A DNA stretch of 64,000 nucleotides from NCBI GenBank assembly GCA_016839585.1, contig JAEOTZ010000042.1:1-64000 (forward strand). The letters are read 5' to 3'. Below the pieces are notes generated by a model, which did not search any database, was not told where the DNA came from, and was given only the letters and a program-made list of their open reading frames with translations. Positions 18,455 through 29,197 of this stretch are shown one piece after another. Positions within the stretch are counted from its first letter, which is position 1. Each line of letters opens with the position of its first letter. The stretch is from Promethearchaeota archaeon (GTDB lineage Archaea; Asgardarchaeota; Lokiarchaeia; Sigyniarchaeales; SOKP01). The position numbers and the translations under genes were made by a program.

Positions 18455-19339
18455 ATGGCAAAAAAAAAAGAAGAGCCTAAAGCAAAAGAAGAACCTAAAC
18501 CTAAAAAAGCAAAAGAAGCCAAAGCTAAACCAGCAGAACCACCAAAACCAAAAAAAATCGTATATAAAAAAATTAAAGTTAATTTTTGGAGGACACGCTT
18601 ACATGATGAAGAATTAGGAATTCATCAACAACTTAAATATCAAGCAAAAACGCGCTATTTCTCAAAAAATTTTGATATTGAAGGTATTATCGAATATGAT
18701 AATAAGAAAAAATACATTATTGGCTTTAGCAAGGATTCTTGGGAAGAAAATCCAACTCTCGAGAAAAGACTTGTTTGCCGTCTCTTTACTATTATGGAAG
18801 AATCGATAGATGCTACACCAAAAGGAGGAAACTTTAAAGGAGGTTTAGAGCTAAGTGTTACCCACTCTTTAATACAAAGTTATGAAATTAAACACCCAGC
18901 TCCTGTCTTTTTCATGCAATTACCAGGCACTCTTACATTAGTTCGAGTAGTTAGGGGTTGGAGACTTGTTGGAACAAGATGGACCTTCCCATTAATTCCA
19001 GAAGAAGCAGGGGATAAATTACAAGTGGTAATGGCTAAGGGAATTGTAGGACCTGGGAGAAATTATTGGATATATCTAGGGGACAAAAAGATCGCAAGGA
19101 TTGATGGACAAGTTGTGCAAAAGAATTTTGAAATTGAAATTTATGATGAAAAATACGCAAAAGATAAGTCATTTATAATGTATCTTACATTATTTGGCGC
19201 TATTTGCAATTTTATGAAAGGTGCTGAAAAAATGATTAAAGAATTATATAAAAAGATGAAGAAGACAGCAACTACAAATTTTAAACCACCAAAACAAGAA
19301 ATAGATCTGTTCAGGAACCCAAGAATGATGAGACGCTAG
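18455..19339 (+). CDS. Hypothetical protein, possible Tubby-C/LURP-one (scramblase-like) fold
   Basis: K/P/E-rich N-terminus; C-terminal strands plus hydrophobic helix (YWIYLGDKKIARIDG...FEIEI...FIMYLTLFGAIC). Confidence 0.55.
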   Translation: MAKKKEEPKAKEEPKPKKAKEAKAKPAEPPKPKKIVYKKIKVNFWRTRLHDEELGIHQQLKYQAKTRYFSKNFDIEGIIEYDNKKKYIIGFSKDSWEENPTLEKRLVCRLFTIMEESIDATPKGGNFKGGLELSVTHSLIQSYEIKHPAPVFFMQLPGTLTLVRVVRGWRLVGTRWTFPLIPEEAGDKLQVVMAKGIVGPGRNYWIYLGDKKIARIDGQVVQKNFEIEIYDEKYAKDKSFIMYLTLFGAICNFMKGAEKMIKELYKKMKKTATTNFKPPKQEIDLFRNPRMMRR

Positions 19340-19419
19340 TTTAAAAATCTTTTAAAGCTACAATTTTAAGAAAAATAACGTAAAAAAAATGTAAAAATTA
19401 ATTTTTATTTATAATTTTT

Positions 19420-20190
19420 TTATTTAAGTTTTGCTTTCCATTCTTTATATCCACGTGTTTCCTTACCCCGATAAACTGGTTTTTGTCCAATTTCTTTCTT
19501 ATAAATGTCTCTTAGAGTTCTTTCATCGGCATTCTTTATAGCATCCTTTTTAATCTGGTCTTCTATTTCTATTTCTTCTTCAATTTCTTTCACATGTCTA
19601 AGAACCCAAAATACTCCATGATTCCAAATCATTAATGCAAGAAAAATAAAAAGGACTGCTAGTAAAACCATTCCTCCAAACCATAAAATCCACAGTGCCG
19701 GATAATCTTTAAAATAATCAACCATTTTTAACCACAGATCTCCTATTGAATTAAAAAATACAGTAGGAAGGAGTCCAACGGCAAGTGAAACAAGGGTAAT
19801 GTATAGACCTAATAAAGCAACACCGACAAGCATTCTAAGTCCATAATAGTCTTCCCATTTTTTCGCTAAAAGGCGATCTTTAAACAATATTCTGCAAAAT
19901 TTCACCATACCTCCACGAAATAGAATATAAAATAGAACTAGTAGAAATAAATGACCTGTAACTGCCCCTCCAATAATGGCAATTTGATATCCTAAATCAA
20001 GGTCTACGAAGAAATCCCATTTACCAGTTTTAATAACCCAATTAAGGATGAGGGCCCAAACTCCCAACACAAATATAACAGTAGCTAAAATAAATCCATA
20101 ATAGATAACTTTAGCAATCCTAATATCCCATGTACTATATGCTGCGAGAGCATCTTCTATTTCAGGAGCTGATCGTGCTTTTCTTGGCAT
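19420..20190 (-). CDS. Hypothetical 4-TM membrane protein
   Basis: Four hydrophobic segments and a charged C-terminal tail. Confidence 0.7.
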   Translation of the reverse strand: MPRKARSAPEIEDALAAYSTWDIRIAKVIYYGFILATVIFVLGVWALILNWVIKTGKWDFFVDLDLGYQIAIIGGAVTGHLFLLVLFYILFRGGMVKFCRILFKDRLLAKKWEDYYGLRMLVGVALLGLYITLVSLAVGLLPTVFFNSIGDLWLKMVDYFKDYPALWILWFGGMVLLAVLFIFLALMIWNHGVFWVLRHVKEIEEEIEIEDQIKKDAIKNADERTLRDIYKKEIGQKPVYRGKETRGYKEWKAKLK

Positions 20191-20327
20191 AATTTTCTCA
20201 TCTTTTAATATTATTTTTTTTTAGGTTTTCAAAATTCTATAATTTAATATTTAGTTATACTATTATTTATTTTTATTAGTTTATTGATATTTAGAAAAAA
20301 TTTTACATTTAATACACTTTTAAAAAG

Positions 20328-20819
20328 TTAAAATTTTAATGCTGCTTGACAAAATGGGCAAGTTGGATAATCCTCATCTAATTCTTCTCCACAGAAGGAA
20401 CAATAATTTTTTTCTTTCTCCTCCTCTTCCTCTTCTTTTTTCTTTTTGGGTTTCTTTTCAGCAGGTTTCTTTTTTGCCGGTTTTTTCTCAACAGGTTCAA
20501 TTTTAACGACTTCTTCTTCTGGACCTTTCTCTTCCTCTACTTTTTCAAGTACTCTCTCTTTTGGGGTCATGGCTTCACGCTTCTTTTTTGGCTTTTCAAA
20601 GGGTTTATCAGAATATGTTAATTTAGAAAAGCAATCTGAGCAGAAAATTTTAGGCCTATAAGCAAGATAAATTAGATATGCAATTCCTACAATACCAAGT
20701 GTAGCAACGGTACATATTATCCATACAGTTTTTGCCATTCTACTCAATGGTTTTCTACTTGATTGTTCAACTTCTTTCTTACATACCTCACAATATGCAT
20801 ATTTAACTTTTTTTGGCAT
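20328..20819 (-). CDS. LITAF-like zinc protein with C-terminal zinc ribbon
   Basis: CEVC-x-hydrophobic helix-CSDC, charged linker, CSFC..CPFC. Confidence 0.65.
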   Translation of the reverse strand: MPKKVKYAYCEVCKKEVEQSSRKPLSRMAKTVWIICTVATLGIVGIAYLIYLAYRPKIFCSDCFSKLTYSDKPFEKPKKKREAMTPKERVLEKVEEEKGPEEEVVKIEPVEKKPAKKKPAEKKPKKKKEEEEEEKEKNYCSFCGEELDEDYPTCPFCQAALKF

Positions 20820-20945
20820 TTTTCACCATCATTTAACATTTAAAATGTGCTTTTTTAAGATAGATTATATTAATTAAAAAAAGTTTTTAATACCTAATAA
20901 TCAAGTTCTTTTAATAAATGTTATATAATTTTATATGAATTAATC

Positions 20946-22259
20946 TTGCAAGAAAACTCATTTTATATTGAAACGTATGGATGCACATCTAATAAAGCAG
21001 ACTCTTATATAATTTCTAATGATCTAAAAAAATCAAATTATACACAAAAAAGCTTAGAAGATGCCCAATTTGTAATAATAAATACATGTGCCGTTAAGGA
21101 GCAGACTGAGAATAAAATTAAAGCACGTTTGAAAAATTTATATGAATTATTTTATAAGAATCCTAATAAACATATTATAATTGCTGGATGTTTACCACAT
21201 ATAGCCCCTCATTATATCGAAGTTATTAAGGACATAATTCCTGCTTTTTCTGCAATTATAGATTTAGATAATATCCACGAAATTCCAAGAATATTTCAAG
21301 AAATTAAGAAAGGGAAGAAAAATTTAGTTTTTAAATCGGAACATCCAATAGATAAAGCAGAGTTTTATATTGATCATGAGCCAGGAAAAATTACAGGAAT
21401 TATTCCAATTTCAGAGGGATGTTTAGGTTCATGTACTTATTGTTGTGTAAAAAATGCTAGAGGGAAGTTGAATTGCTATAACTCGAAAAAAATAGTTGAA
21501 AATATCGAGTATCAATTAAATCAGGGAATTAAACAAATATATTTGACTTCCCAAGATTGCAGTACATATAGATATAATGGCACTAATTTGTTTGAATTAG
21601 TTAGACAAATTGTTGATTTAAACTTTAAGTTTTTTCTGAGAATTGGAATGATAAATCCAAGCTTTTTAATTGATAATCTTGATCAGTTATTTTCAATTTT
21701 TAAATTAAATAAAGTATATCAATTCCTACACATTCCAATTCAATCTGGTAGTAATAAAATTCTAAAAATGATGCAAAGAAAATATCTCATCTCTGATATT
21801 TTCGATAAAATTGGAATTTTAAGAGACACTTTTCCTAATTTAACTATATCAACTGATATTATCTGTGGGTTTCCAGGTGAAACTGAAGATGATTTCGATA
21901 GAACGATTGATTTTATAAAATGGTTAAAACCAGAAATTTTGAATATCTCAAAATTTACTCCTCGTCCTGGAACAAAAGCGAAAGATATGAAGCAATTAAA
22001 GAGTAAAATTATAAAAGAAAGATCTATGAGATTGACAAGAGTCTTCCGTAATAGCTTGGTTGATATGAATAAAAAATGGAAAGATTGGAAGGGAGAGGTT
22101 TTAGTTTTACATGAGGGTACAGAACGAAATCAAGCTTTTGGAAGAAATCTCGCTTACAAAAATATATTTATAAATAATTATAATAGCGATTTTGGCACAT
22201 TTGCTAAAGTTAAAATAGAAAAAGTTGATGGGTTTAATCTATTTGGAAAAGTTATTTAA
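20946..22259 (+). CDS. mtaB: tRNA t6A37 methylthiotransferase (archaeal/eukaryotic MtaB, CDKAL1 type)
   Basis: ETYGCTSN, INTCAVK, AGCL, radical SAM CLGSCTYC, C-terminal TRAM. Confidence 0.85.
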   Translation: MQENSFYIETYGCTSNKADSYIISNDLKKSNYTQKSLEDAQFVIINTCAVKEQTENKIKARLKNLYELFYKNPNKHIIIAGCLPHIAPHYIEVIKDIIPAFSAIIDLDNIHEIPRIFQEIKKGKKNLVFKSEHPIDKAEFYIDHEPGKITGIIPISEGCLGSCTYCCVKNARGKLNCYNSKKIVENIEYQLNQGIKQIYLTSQDCSTYRYNGTNLFELVRQIVDLNFKFFLRIGMINPSFLIDNLDQLFSIFKLNKVYQFLHIPIQSGSNKILKMMQRKYLISDIFDKIGILRDTFPNLTISTDIICGFPGETEDDFDRTIDFIKWLKPEILNISKFTPRPGTKAKDMKQLKSKIIKERSMRLTRVFRNSLVDMNKKWKDWKGEVLVLHEGTERNQAFGRNLAYKNIFINNYNSDFGTFAKVKIEKVDGFNLFGKVI

Positions 22260-22321
22260 TAAAAAAATATGGTGTTATAAGTAGATAATTATTCCTTATC
22301 ACCAGTAAATATAGAATCTAT

Positions 22322-23506
22322 TTGATAAATCTTATGTCTAAAAAATTATTTTGGGAGAATGCATACGACACTAAATTTAGCTCTAAGGTAGTATCAATCA
22401 AAGAAAAGGGTATTACACTCGACAAAACTTTGTTTTATCCTGAAAGTGGAAATCAGTTATGCGACCATGGGTATTTGGAAATTAATGATCATAGATTTAA
22501 AGTTGAAAAAGTGACTAAGGAGGGAGATGATATATTACATCATATTTCTTCTGATTTTAAAAAGAAAATTAATATTGGAGATAAAGTTGATGGAGAAATT
22601 GATTGGAAATTTCGATATGGTTTAATGAAAGCCCATTCTTCTCAACACATTTTATCTGCAATAATTAAGAATAAATACGATATTGATACTATCCGTGCTA
22701 ATCTTAATTTTGAAGATGTTAATCTACAATTATCTCAAGAGCTAAGTTATGACCAATTAAAAGAAGTATTACTGGATGTAAATACAATTTGTACTTCAAT
22801 TAACCTTAAAATCAATTCGAAAATCGTTTCACGTGAAGACGCTCAAAAATTATCTGAAAAAATTAGAAGTATAATTCCAAATGAATCTCAGGTACGATTG
22901 ATGGAAATTGAAGGTTTAGATTTGGTTTGTTGTGGAGGAACTCATGTTAGGAATACTTCAGAAATTGGAGAAATTTTTATTTATGATTTTAAAAAAGGAA
23001 GCGAGATAAAATACTATGTGGGAAATAAAGCTTTATTAGCGAGTTCAATTAATAACATTGATATGATAACTCTAGTTAATAATTTAAACACTCCCATTGG
23101 AAATATCAAAGGAATCATTGAAAAACGTTTAAAATATATCGAAAATGTTCAAGACCAACAAAAATATTTATCAATCAAATTACTAGAGTTGATTTCAAAA
23201 ACACCTTTAAAAATTATTAACAATATCTCCCTTTTTTATATTGATTTTGATATTGACATAAAGCTCCTAAGTAGTATGTTAAATCTTTTTCCACTAGATT
23301 CACTCATTATTGTAAGGATAGAATCCAATAAATTAAGAATACTTTCTACAAGTGAGAAAATAGATGCGAATGAAATCTTAAAAAAGTTGATCATTGAGTA
23401 CGGCGGAAAAGGAGGAGGTAATCCTAAATCGGCTCAAGCATTTTTAGAAAAAGTTCCGAAAGATCTCTTATCTAAGATAGAAATAATTATTTCAAACTCT
23501 ATTTAA
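22322..23506 (+). CDS. alaX: AlaX-type alanyl-tRNA editing protein with DHHA1 domain
   Basis: TLFYPESG, HSSQH, CCGGTHV, GGKGGG. Confidence 0.85.
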   Translation: MINLMSKKLFWENAYDTKFSSKVVSIKEKGITLDKTLFYPESGNQLCDHGYLEINDHRFKVEKVTKEGDDILHHISSDFKKKINIGDKVDGEIDWKFRYGLMKAHSSQHILSAIIKNKYDIDTIRANLNFEDVNLQLSQELSYDQLKEVLLDVNTICTSINLKINSKIVSREDAQKLSEKIRSIIPNESQVRLMEIEGLDLVCCGGTHVRNTSEIGEIFIYDFKKGSEIKYYVGNKALLASSINNIDMITLVNNLNTPIGNIKGIIEKRLKYIENVQDQQKYLSIKLLELISKTPLKIINNISLFYIDFDIDIKLLSSMLNLFPLDSLIIVRIESNKLRILSTSEKIDANEILKKLIIEYGGKGGGNPKSAQAFLEKVPKDLLSKIEIIISNSI

Positions 23507-23561
23507 AGAAGTAGATTTATTTTATTTGTTAAAAAAATTGAATATTATATTTTAACCGTTC

Positions 23562-24449
23562 CTACTTTATATTATATTTTTCTAGCAATGCTGTTAATCT
23601 AGATCTATGGAACTTTAATCCTAGATCATCTGGATTCTCTCCAAACGCTAAAGCCATTAGTTCAGTTAGATACAGTATTGGAATATTAAAACTTTTGTTC
23701 GACTGAGTCGCTGCTTTCTTTTGATTTGAATCCATTTGTTGAAAGCAAGCTGGACAAATAACGACAAATGCTTCAGCCCCAGCTTCTAGAGCACTAGTGA
23801 ATTTATTGGCTAAGACCTGCATCGATGGTTCTTCTTCTGTGTTTCCTACTCCCGCTCCACAACAAAGCATTTCCTCTGCATATTCTATTGGGGTTGCGCC
23901 CGTGGCAGCGACTAGCTCTCTTAATTTTACTGGTTCCATTGGATCATCAGTTTGCATAATTTCAGAGGGTCTATTATAGTGACAGCCTGTATGGCATGCT
24001 ATTTTTAATCCTGATAAATCACGAACGATATTTTCCTTGATTTTTTCATCTCCTAACTCGTGTAAAACTTCGACAAAATGTTTAACATGGATAGTTCCTT
24101 TAAATTCTCGACCAACCGTTTTTAAAATTTTATTTATCTTTTCTTTTTCATGATCATTATGAGATAATTCATGGTTTACCGCTTTTAGTGTTTGAAAGCA
24201 ACCATTGCATAAGGATACTATATTTTTTCCTTCTTTTTCGGCAATAGTAAGATTACGTGCACCCATTGCTAACCAACTAGTATGATCTACAGCATTAAAC
24301 CCAACTGGGTCTGGACAACAAGCAAACGGAGCATCAGATGTTTTTATTCCTAATTTATCAAATACTTTTCTTGCTGAAGCTTCAATAAACGGAATTCTAT
24401 TTCCAATTGTACACCCTTGGAACATTTTATATTCTTCTGCTTTTGCCAT
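23562..24449 (-). CDS. hdrB: Heterodisulfide reductase subunit B
   Basis: Two CCG domains: FQGC, CCP, CNGC, HTGCH, CCG, CPAC. Confidence 0.88.
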   Translation of the reverse strand: MAKAEEYKMFQGCTIGNRIPFIEASARKVFDKLGIKTSDAPFACCPDPVGFNAVDHTSWLAMGARNLTIAEKEGKNIVSLCNGCFQTLKAVNHELSHNDHEKEKINKILKTVGREFKGTIHVKHFVEVLHELGDEKIKENIVRDLSGLKIACHTGCHYNRPSEIMQTDDPMEPVKLRELVAATGATPIEYAEEMLCCGAGVGNTEEEPSMQVLANKFTSALEAGAEAFVVICPACFQQMDSNQKKAATQSNKSFNIPILYLTELMALAFGENPDDLGLKFHRSRLTALLEKYNIK

Positions 24450-24592
24450 AATTACTCTCTTCTTTTCTTCTATATTAATTATTTTATTTAATATAGAGTA
24501 AATTAAAAAATTTGTTAATTCATATTTGTTTAAGCCTATTTATAAAATAAAAAAAAAAAGAAAAAGAAAATATTTTTACTCTGATTTTGTTA

Positions 24593-25024
24593 TTAATCTT
24601 TCTTTAATTTCATTCGTCCAATAATAGTTAATATAACACCTAAGAAACCATAACTACCATGGATAGTTTCAGTAACAATTTGGTCCAGTTCCTCGAGAAT
24701 TGAGCCTTCAACTATACCTGTGATTAGAAATATTAATAAACTAATCAATCCCATACCAGCCCCAATTCCAATAATAAATTTACCTAATCTATAATGGTCC
24801 ATCGCTACGATTATAGATCCTATAATAACAGAAATTCCTCCTCCTATAGCAATGTATGCTAGAATTTGAATAACAAGGGATACAATCTTAGCAACATCTT
24901 CTCCAACGTCAGCCTCTATATAACTAAAAAGCGTTTCAAAAAATGCAACGCTCCCTATAACAGAACTGATAATCATTAAAATTCCGCCAATTATACAAAG
25001 CAAAATCCATCCAAAATTTTTCAT
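24593..25024 (-). CDS. 4-TM membrane protein (paralog of 26045..26602)
   Basis: GGILMIISS.IGS and YRLGKF shared with the paralog. Confidence 0.75.
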   Translation of the reverse strand: MKNFGWILLCIIGGILMIISSVIGSVAFFETLFSYIEADVGEDVAKIVSLVIQILAYIAIGGGISVIIGSIIVAMDHYRLGKFIIGIGAGMGLISLLIFLITGIVEGSILEELDQIVTETIHGSYGFLGVILTIIGRMKLKKD

Positions 25025-25110
25025 AATATTTTAGACCTTTTTTCAAATTTTTAAATTGATTATAGATTAATATTTATATTTCTAATATTTATAAGTTCTA
25101 AGTATTTAAT

Positions 25111-25926
25111 TTAGATAATAATTCTAGAAGGGTGAGTATAAATATTCATTCTTGCTCCCCTTACAAATCCTATCAATGTAATTCCGTAAGCAAAAGCTAA
25201 CCTAATACCAGATTCTATGGCAGCAGATAGGGATGCCACAATCGGAATCTTTGCCCGTATTGCTTTCAATACCGAATCTCCTGTTAATCTGCCTGTTGAT
25301 ACTAATATTAGGTTTTGAAAATTATGCTCTTTTAACAATAAATCCCCTATGACTTTATCAATTGCGTTGTGTCTACCAATATCTTCTTTAACACTTATTA
25401 AATTGCCTTCCAAATCAAATATAGCTGCACCATGACATCCTCCAGTTTCTCGATATAATTTTGTTTTTGTATGCATTTCTTTAATAGCAGAATAGATTAT
25501 ATCTGATTTAATTTTAAGAGTTGATTTTCCCTTAAGAGATTCTTTTACTTTATACTTTTCTAGACTGTTCTTTATAACATTTCTCCATGGAGATGAAATT
25601 CCACAGGTTGTATCAACAACTCTACTAACAGGGTTTATCTCAAGATTTTTTACTCTGAAGTCTATGGAATCATCTAATTCAATAAACACTTTCTTTTCTA
25701 ACTCTTTTACATTAACAGATTTTACATCTTTAATTGAGTTGATAATTCCAATAGAGAATAAAAATCCAATACTCAATTCTTTAAGATCTTTTGGCAAACA
25801 AATAATATTAACTAACGCTTCGGAGTTTACAATTATATCTATAGGACTCTCAATAAGAATTAAATCATCTTCCTTGCTTCTTTGATTTTTCTTTATCCGA
25901 GTAATATTTACCTTTCGCTGAAACAA
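25111..25926 (-). CDS. fdhD: Formate dehydrogenase accessory sulfurtransferase
   Basis: TTCG, TGGCHGAA, EDIGRHNAIDK, TGR, LIGFVRG. Confidence 0.92.
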   Translation of the reverse strand: MFQRKVNITRIKKNQRSKEDDLILIESPIDIIVNSEALVNIICLPKDLKELSIGFLFSIGIINSIKDVKSVNVKELEKKVFIELDDSIDFRVKNLEINPVSRVVDTTCGISSPWRNVIKNSLEKYKVKESLKGKSTLKIKSDIIYSAIKEMHTKTKLYRETGGCHGAAIFDLEGNLISVKEDIGRHNAIDKVIGDLLLKEHNFQNLILVSTGRLTGDSVLKAIRAKIPIVASLSAAIESGIRLAFAYGITLIGFVRGARMNIYTHPSRIII

Positions 25927-26044
25927 AATTCTTACCTTGGGATGAATTAAATTCCTTTTTTTAGGATTTCAATATCATTTTTTGTATCAATAATATTTTA
26001 TTAAAATAATAAGTGAAAAAATAAATTCTAAAATTAAATTTCAA

Positions 26045-26602
26045 CTAAGTTTCTTCGCTTTCTTCAAAAATTTCTTCTTTTTCTTCCAGCTTTACTTCTT
26101 GTTTTACTTTTTTAGGTTTTTTAGGTTCCTTTGGTTCTTTAGGTACCTTAGGCTTTTTAATAAACGCTCTTCCAATTATTGCAACTATTACTCCTGTAAA
26201 TGCTAACCCCGTATTATAAGAAAAAAAATCTTCTAGTCTATCTAGATAAGCTACAATTTCTGGATCAGTAACTATTTCAAATTCATGTACAACTTCAGAA
26301 GTAATCCAAATAATAAGAGCTAGCGACCCAAATGTTAATCCAACACCTATTAAGAATTTTCCTAATCTATATTGATTTACCAAAAAAAGGAGTGTTCCAA
26401 CAATGACTGCAATACCACCAGTATCTGCTATAATTCTTAAAACTATTATAGCAATTTTCCCTAATGGTACAAAGTCTGGAGGAATTTCTTCAGATACATA
26501 TCCCCAAAGAAATTCATAAATACCTATCGACCCGATTGCGGAACTAATAATCATACATATTCCGCCAATAAACAACAAAATTATTCCTGTCTTATGTTTC
26601 AT
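26045..26602 (-). CDS. 4-TM membrane protein with charged tail
   Basis: Paralog of 24593..25024. Confidence 0.75.
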   Translation of the reverse strand: MKHKTGIILLFIGGICMIISSAIGSIGIYEFLWGYVSEEIPPDFVPLGKIAIIVLRIIADTGGIAVIVGTLLFLVNQYRLGKFLIGVGLTFGSLALIIWITSEVVHEFEIVTDPEIVAYLDRLEDFFSYNTGLAFTGVIVAIIGRAFIKKPKVPKEPKEPKKPKKVKQEVKLEEKEEIFEESEET

Positions 26603-26657
26603 TTAAACACCATTATAAATTTGAAATTTTTAAATAATACTATAAAAAATTATAATT

Positions 26658-27467
26658 TTATGCGGCAATATATAGTTTACCAGTTGATTCTTTACTTACA
26701 GAATGATCTCCACTATACTCAATAAACTTGCCTGTGATTTTTTCTCCATTCGGTAAATCAATTTCTTTAACTTCACCTATTCTTTTAAAAGAAGGGAGTT
26801 TTCTTGAAACTTTACCCTTAATAACAATGATGCCTCGTGCTTGATCAGCGCCTGCACACCTATCGCAATCTCCTTCTACAACAATAGTACCACCATGATT
26901 ATGAGTCCCAAGAAATGGTCCTGCACTTCCACAATACAACATTGGCCATCTATTAGCTGGTTTTGAACTTCTTGCCCAAAGCATGGATTCATTACCGACT
27001 TTACCTTTTACCTTTATTACTCCATTTTTCATACCCTGCCAGTTACCTCTATACGCTGCCCCGACATAATGACCAGCATCTCCAATTATCTCTAATTCAC
27101 CCCCTTGCAGCATGGCTCCTGCCCAATCATCAGCATTTCCATTCACTAAAATTTTTCCGCCTGACATATTATTACCCACATGCATTCCAACATTACCATT
27201 TATAATTATTTCACCACCACTCATTTGCTCTCCAATTCTTTTCACGTTTGATAGATCTCCATCAATAACTATTTTAGTATTATTCACATTACCAGATTTT
27301 CCAGAAACACTAAAATAATCTCCTATTACAGTATTTTCGTTTCCATGGTACAAAGGTAACTTTTTAATTGCATCAAGAGTTTTTCCAGCAAAATTATCTG
27401 GAGTTATACTTTCGGCTTCTAAAGGGAATTTTGGTAGTTTTTTTAATTTCAACTTTATCTCAGTCAT
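26658..27467 (-). CDS. fwdC: Formylmethanofuran dehydrogenase subunit C
   Basis: PLEAESITPD and GXGXG repeats (IGEQMSGGEIIINGNVG). Confidence 0.92.
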   Translation of the reverse strand: MTEIKLKLKKLPKFPLEAESITPDNFAGKTLDAIKKLPLYHGNENTVIGDYFSVSGKSGNVNNTKIVIDGDLSNVKRIGEQMSGGEIIINGNVGMHVGNNMSGGKILVNGNADDWAGAMLQGGELEIIGDAGHYVGAAYRGNWQGMKNGVIKVKGKVGNESMLWARSSKPANRWPMLYCGSAGPFLGTHNHGGTIVVEGDCDRCAGADQARGIIVIKGKVSRKLPSFKRIGEVKEIDLPNGEKITGKFIEYSGDHSVSKESTGKLYIAA

Positions 27468-27470
27468 TAC

Positions 27471-28799
27471 TTACTCTCCTTTTTTTTCCTTTATTTTCTC
27501 AATTAATTTTTCTAATATTTCTTTATCAGATAAACACTTACCAGGAGCATCTTTCACTTTTCTTAATCTTATAGGAACACTATCCATGCGGTAAGCTGTT
27601 CCTTCACATTCAATCCCTGCAATTGCTGCTGGGAAATTAATATCAGCATTCGCAGAAGTTGGTGTTTCATGCGGTTCAATAGAAATTAAAGGATGCTTAA
27701 ATAAATTTTTCACGGAAGCTGCTGGAAAATTACTGGCAGGATCAGATGCAACTATCAAGGAGGCATCAATTTCATCTCTCATTAAAAGATCTACTGATGA
27801 AAATTCTCCCGGATTATATCGGGGATATCCTTTTGAGAAATCAATTGAATAAGCATAACCCGTATTCCAAGCAAAAACAATATTAGCTCCTGTTACGTTA
27901 TAATGACCCCGCATAGGCATTAGTAGAAATTTAGTATGATCATTTAATTCTCTAACTAAGGAAATGGCCGCATCAATGTTCCTATGGTGAGCTAAAGATT
28001 GAGTTAACCCCATACCAAAAAATATAACTCCAAAGTTACAAGTTTTCAAAATATTGACTAATTCTTTGATCTTTTCCATTGGAACGCCTGAGATTTCCTT
28101 TTCATCTAATTCTACTCCTCTTACCATTGCTCTAATAGCATTTAATAATTCATAATCTTCGCTAGGTTTTATTTGAATAAATAGATCTGCTATTTGGGCA
28201 GTATGAGTATTCCTTGGATCAACAACAACAATAAATCTGTCATTTCTACCATCTTTTCTAAAATACCCCCTTACAAACTCGCTATATCTCCCAAGATGCC
28301 TTGGATGAGCATGGACGGGATTGGATCCCCAAAATATAACAAGATCTGCCCTATTTTTAAAATCTCCTAATGTTGCCATAGGTGCTCCCACATCTTGGAT
28401 AGCCAATAAACTAGGACCATGACAGACTGAAGCGGTGTTATCTAAAATTCCACCTAACAACTCTGCTAACTCAACACCTTTACTTTGAGCTTCACATTCT
28501 GTGCTAGAAAAACCATAAAGTAAAGGTCTTTTAGCACTAATTAATATTTCTGCGGCTTTATCAAAAGCTTCATCCCAAGATACTTCTTTAAATGAATCAT
28601 TTTCTTTGATCCGAGGTTTGGTATATCTATGTCCACTTGGATTTGATGAAAAGAATTTTTTTGTGCCAATTTGACAACCATTCCTTATTTCTACAATCGT
28701 TTCTTCTTTAATATCTACATCAACTTCAAGATCATCACAAAGTGTGCCACAAAAAGGGCAAATAACATCAGAGATTGTTCTTAATTTCCTTTCCACCAT
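27471..28799 (-). CDS. fwdB: Formylmethanofuran dehydrogenase subunit B (Cys form)
   Basis: CPFCGTLCDD, DNTASVCHGP, WGSNPVHAHPRH, MRGHYNV, GTAYRMD. Confidence 0.95.
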   Translation of the reverse strand: MVERKLRTISDVICPFCGTLCDDLEVDVDIKEETIVEIRNGCQIGTKKFFSSNPSGHRYTKPRIKENDSFKEVSWDEAFDKAAEILISAKRPLLYGFSSTECEAQSKGVELAELLGGILDNTASVCHGPSLLAIQDVGAPMATLGDFKNRADLVIFWGSNPVHAHPRHLGRYSEFVRGYFRKDGRNDRFIVVVDPRNTHTAQIADLFIQIKPSEDYELLNAIRAMVRGVELDEKEISGVPMEKIKELVNILKTCNFGVIFFGMGLTQSLAHHRNIDAAISLVRELNDHTKFLLMPMRGHYNVTGANIVFAWNTGYAYSIDFSKGYPRYNPGEFSSVDLLMRDEIDASLIVASDPASNFPAASVKNLFKHPLISIEPHETPTSANADINFPAAIAGIECEGTAYRMDSVPIRLRKVKDAPGKCLSDKEILEKLIEKIKEKKGE

Positions 28800-28801
28800 T
28801 A

Positions 28802-29197
28802 TTATGCCACCTTTAACGTTTTTATTAAATCAAGAGCATCTAAAACATTACCATTTTTAACTACTTCTACTTTTGCTTTCATCCCTTTATAAGTCGGTGT
28901 ACCACAGGATTGAGTATCGGGATTTACAACTTGGTTAGCCCAAGGTCCCAGAGGTATAAATATTATACCCTTATGGGGACCTTCTTCAGAAATAGTAGAG
29001 TAAACCATTACTTCTCCATAATCAGTAATAACTTTAACAGGAGTTCCTACAAGGCAGTCTAACTTCTTGAAATCTTCTTTATCAAATGTACATATGGCAG
29101 CAGCTCTCACATTTTCTTTTGTTGTTTTACCACCTTCGAGTGCAACTCCCTGATTAATTGTTCTTCCAGTCAGTAAAATCAAGTTGTTTAAACTCAT
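28802..29197 (-). CDS. fwdD: Formylmethanofuran dehydrogenase subunit D
   Basis: LLTGRTINQG, FIPLGPWAN, GTPTYKG; likely ATG at 29197 overlapping the upstream TGA. Confidence 0.9.
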   Translation of the reverse strand: MSLNNLILLTGRTINQGVALEGGKTTKENVRAAAICTFDKEDFKKLDCLVGTPVKVITDYGEVMVYSTISEEGPHKGIIFIPLGPWANQVVNPDTQSCGTPTYKGMKAKVEVVKNGNVLDALDLIKTLKVA

